64,000 nt of DNA from positions 15,060-79,059 of the forward strand of contig DASTNZ010000040.1 of NCBI GenBank assembly GCA_035762665.1, read 5' to 3'. The notes beneath the pieces were generated by a model. That model saw only the letters and a list, made by a program, of their open reading frames with translations. It did no database searches and had not been told where the DNA came from. Positions 63,006-64,000 of the stretch are shown here, one piece after another. The stretch is from Jiangellaceae bacterium (lineage in GTDB: Bacteria; Actinomycetota; Actinomycetes; Jiangellales; Jiangellaceae). How positions within the stretch are numbered: the first letter of the stretch is position 1; the number at the start of each line of letters is the position of its first letter. Made by a program: the position numbers and the translations under genes.

Positions 63006-63965
63006 CTACGACGCCTTGGCGATCGCGTCCTCCAACTGGTCCCGCGACATCGTTGACCGCCCCGAGATGTCTAGCTCGCTGGCGCGGTCGTACAGCTCCT
63101 TCTTGCTCAAATCGGTGAGCTTAGCCGCCTTCCGGCGCTTCGGAGCGGGCCGCTTAGCGCGGCCCTTGCGGCGCGTGCCACCCCCGGCCCGGGCCCGCTC
63201 GATGCTCTCCTGCAGCGCGGCCACCAGGTCGACCACATTCTCCTGCGACTCCTCCGCCTCCACGATCTCCGGCTCCTCGCCGCTGGCCTTCTGCTCGATG
63301 AGCTTGAGAACCCGCTCGCGATGGGTGTCGTGGTACCGCGCAGGATCCCACTCCACGGTGAGCTCGCTGATCAGGCCGACCGCCATGTCAAGCTCCCGCT
63401 TCGGCAGTTCCCCCTCGGCTGGAAGCGAGCCGACGGTATCGGCGGGGTCGCGGACTTCGTCGGCAAAGTGCATCGTGTTAAGGACAAGCACGTCGTCCCT
63501 GGCGCGGATCGCGGCCAGGTATTGCTTGTTCCGCACGACGAGGGCGGCAATGCCGGCCAGCCCGGCTCGATTCATCGCTTCCCTCAACAGCGCATAGGCA
63601 TGCTCGTTCGCCTCGTCCCGTGGCGCAAGGTAGTAGGTCCGCTCAAAGTAGATCGGGTCGATGTCGGCTAGCTCGACGAAATCCTCGATCGTGATGGATC
63701 GCGATGTCTCGGGCGCGACGCTCTCGAGCTCCTCCTGGGTGACGATGACGTGGTCGCCGCTCTCTGTCTCGTAGCCCTTGGCCACGTCGGCGTAGTCGAC
63801 CTCACGGTCGGTTCCTTCCGCCACACGCATGTTGCGGACTCGTTTGCCGGTGCCTTTTTCGAACTGGTGGAACGCGACGGTCTTCTCCTCGGTGGCCGAA
63901 TACAGGCCGACGCCAACGTTGACCAGACCGAACGTGATAGAGCCTTGCCACACTGGCCGGACCAT
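63006..63965 (-). CDS. ku: Non-homologous end-joining protein Ku
   Basis: MVRPVWQGSITFGLVNVGVGLYSAT is the canonical bacterial Ku N-terminus. Lys/Arg-rich C-terminal tail and SAP-like end. AAGGAG RBS upstream. Confidence 0.95.
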   Translation of the reverse strand: MVRPVWQGSITFGLVNVGVGLYSATEEKTVAFHQFEKGTGKRVRNMRVAEGTDREVDYADVAKGYETESGDHVIVTQEELESVAPETSRSITIEDFVELADIDPIYFERTYYLAPRDEANEHAYALLREAMNRAGLAGIAALVVRNKQYLAAIRARDDVLVLNTMHFADEVRDPADTVGSLPAEGELPKRELDMAVGLISELTVEWDPARYHDTHRERVLKLIEQKASGEEPEIVEAEESQENVVDLVAALQESIERARAGGGTRRKGRAKRPAPKRRKAAKLTDLSKKELYDRASELDISGRSTMSRDQLEDAIAKAS

Positions 63966-64000
63966 CAGCGGTGCTCCTTACCTCGGTCGTTCGGGCCGGC

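Noticed and set aside
1-64000. Search for mobile genetic elements, prophage, defence systems (restriction-modification, CRISPR-Cas, toxin-antitoxin, retrons) or RiPP/NRPS/PKS clusters.
   Set aside because: No integrase, transposase, recombinase, Cas, reverse transcriptase, nuclease-NTPase pair or biosynthetic megasynthase motifs were seen in any frame. Only the two palindromic repeat families hint at mobile DNA.

Overview
High-GC (by eye about two-thirds to 70% G+C) chromosomal segment with actinobacterial hallmarks: GTG/TTG starts, many ATGA/GTGA stop-start overlaps and long Arg/Pro-rich shadow ORFs. I found no rRNA, tRNA, CRISPR array, transposase, integrase or phage genes. Gene content in order: (1) 0-7.4 kb, a peptide-type ABC importer tail, OsmC, a VOC protein, a DHA2 MFS exporter, a DrrAB-like ABC-2 exporter and DinB. 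(2) 7.4-31.2 kb, a nitrogen-heterocycle/ureide catabolic island. It holds lhgO, mmsA, an M20 deacylase, an SDR, AllH/AllG/AllF-like DUF2877-DUF1116-FdrA, a non-CODH Mo-hydroxylase with CoxG, a NarL-type two-component system, an amidase, hydantoinase A/B, carbamate kinase and a barbiturase/cyanuric-acid-hydrolase family ring opener. (3) 31.2-34.2 kb, a SigF-type partner-switching module (PP2C-GAF phosphatase, STAS, sigma). The slot where the RsbW kinase is expected is a 520-bp low-GC gap. (4) 34.6-39.4 kb, a decayed phosphoketolase, a beta-phosphoglucomutase-type HAD, a GH65 phosphorylase and an MBL-like protein. (5) 39.5-40.9 kb, an orphan STAS, a TetR relic and an SRPBCC protein. (6) 41.0-51.6 kb, a nine-gene translationally coupled ADP-heptose glycan operon (carbamoyltransferase, GT2, 2x GT9, 2x GT-B, gmhA, hldE, SDR) plus a divergent UXS-like gene. 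(7) 52-59 kb, small stress-type genes (CBS, GT2, BON-SRPBCC, methyltransferase, PEBP, membrane proteins). (8) 59-64 kb, sulfotransferase, a LigD polymerase-domain relic, LigD (PE+ligase), a group-2 sigma factor and Ku. Structure not explained by genes: two families of long palindromic intergenic elements (A, 3 copies; B, about 100 bp, 2 copies), several gene relics and frameshifts, and short direct repeats in two promoter regions. The frameshifts could be sequencing errors. No single feature is an unambiguous novel system. The strongest candidates are the hybrid catabolic island, the heptose operon, the repeat families and the missing-RsbW gap. All functional calls rest on motif recognition by eye, not database searches.
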